A stretch of 52,104 nt of DNA, the filler included, from Squatina squatina (lineage: Eukaryota), in NCBI GenBank assembly GCA_031763465.1. It is 2 parts of 2 records of this genome, joined end to end, with 100 filler letters (N's around TTAATTAATTAA, not from the genome) between each part and the next. Parts side by side here need not be neighbours in the genome. Positions count along the whole stretch, not along the records: positions 28,427 to 52,104 come from JARFOE010000058.1; 1 more part is not named here. One strand, given 5' to 3'. The translations under genes and the position numbers were made by a program. The notes beneath the pieces were generated by a model, which was not told where the DNA came from, ran no database searches, and worked only from the letters and a program-made list of their open reading frames with translations. The number at the start of each line of letters is the position of its first letter. Position 1 is the stretch's first letter. This document shows positions 51,430 through 52,104 of this stretch, piece after piece.

Positions 51430-52104
51430 CAACCCAGGAGAGACTAGAGACACTGGGATTGTTCTCCTTACAGCAGCGAAGGTTAAGGGGAGATTTAAGA
51501 GAGATGTTCAAAGTTGTGAGGGGTTTTGATAGAGTAAATAAGGAGAAACTGTTTCCAGGGGCTGGAGTGTTATTAACCAGAGCACTCCCGATCTCTCTAA
51601 CCTCCTCCAACCCTTCGAGATCTCTCCGCTCCTCCAATTCTTGTGCATCGCTAAATTTCAACGCTTTAAAACCTATCTCTTTGACCAAGCTTTTAGTCAC
51701 CTGTCCTAATATCTCCTTATGTGGCTCGGTGTCAAATTTTGTTTGAAAACTGTCCTTAGAAGTGCCTTGGGACGTTTTACAATATAAATGCAAGTTATTG
51801 CTGGTGTTGTTGTTGTTGATAAATGCATGTCACTCCTCGGTCTTCTGTTTTCCAGAGAAAAGAGCCCCAGCTTGCTCAGCCTTTCCTGATCGTTAGAACC
51901 TCTCAGTTCTGGGATCATTCAAGTAAATCTCTCTGGCACCTTCTCCAGTGCCTCTGTATCCTTTTTATAATATCGAGACCAAAACTGTTCACCGTACTCC
52001 AAGTGTAGTCTAACCAAGGTTCCATACAAGTTTAACGTAACTTCTCTACTTTTCAAGTCTATGCCTCTGGGAATGATCCCGAGTTCTTTATTTGCCTTTT
52101 TGTG
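51430..52104. mobile_element. Cluster of LINE fragments: CR1 (+, 51430-51570), L2-like 3' end (+, 51580-51800), CR1 (-, 51830-52104)
   Basis: ERLETLGLFSLQQRRLRGDL on the plus strand and MIPELRG...ERLSKLGLFSLENRR on the minus strand. Confidence 0.8.

Overview
Vertebrate genomic DNA. The repeat families (CR1/L2-type LINEs, Deu-domain SINEs, RTE, Penelope, Harbinger) point to a cartilaginous fish, which is an inference. The window is two unrelated pieces joined by an artificial 100-nt spacer (44 N + TTAATTAATTAA + 44 N, 28327-28426). The gap-free left piece holds four main things. (1) A 40-bp satellite array with higher-order structure (1-6770). (2) A decayed ~9.6-kb minus-strand LTR retroelement (6771-16390) with unusually long LTRs, a tRNA-Arg-like PBS, coiled-coil Gag with a CCHC knuckle, PR, YVDD RT, two RNase H domains, a deleted integrase and a possible env remnant; this is lokiretrovirus-like and apparently a chimera of two subfamilies. 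(3) LINE debris. (4) A 60/61-bp minisatellite that was born from, and still sits inside, a CR1 reverse transcriptase. The heavily gapped right piece holds the 5' part of the SLITRK2 coding exon (with an in-frame TGA at a conserved Cys and TTG at the usual ATG), a partial LTR of the same retroelement family, and many TE fragments. Most of the six-frame ORFs are spurious.
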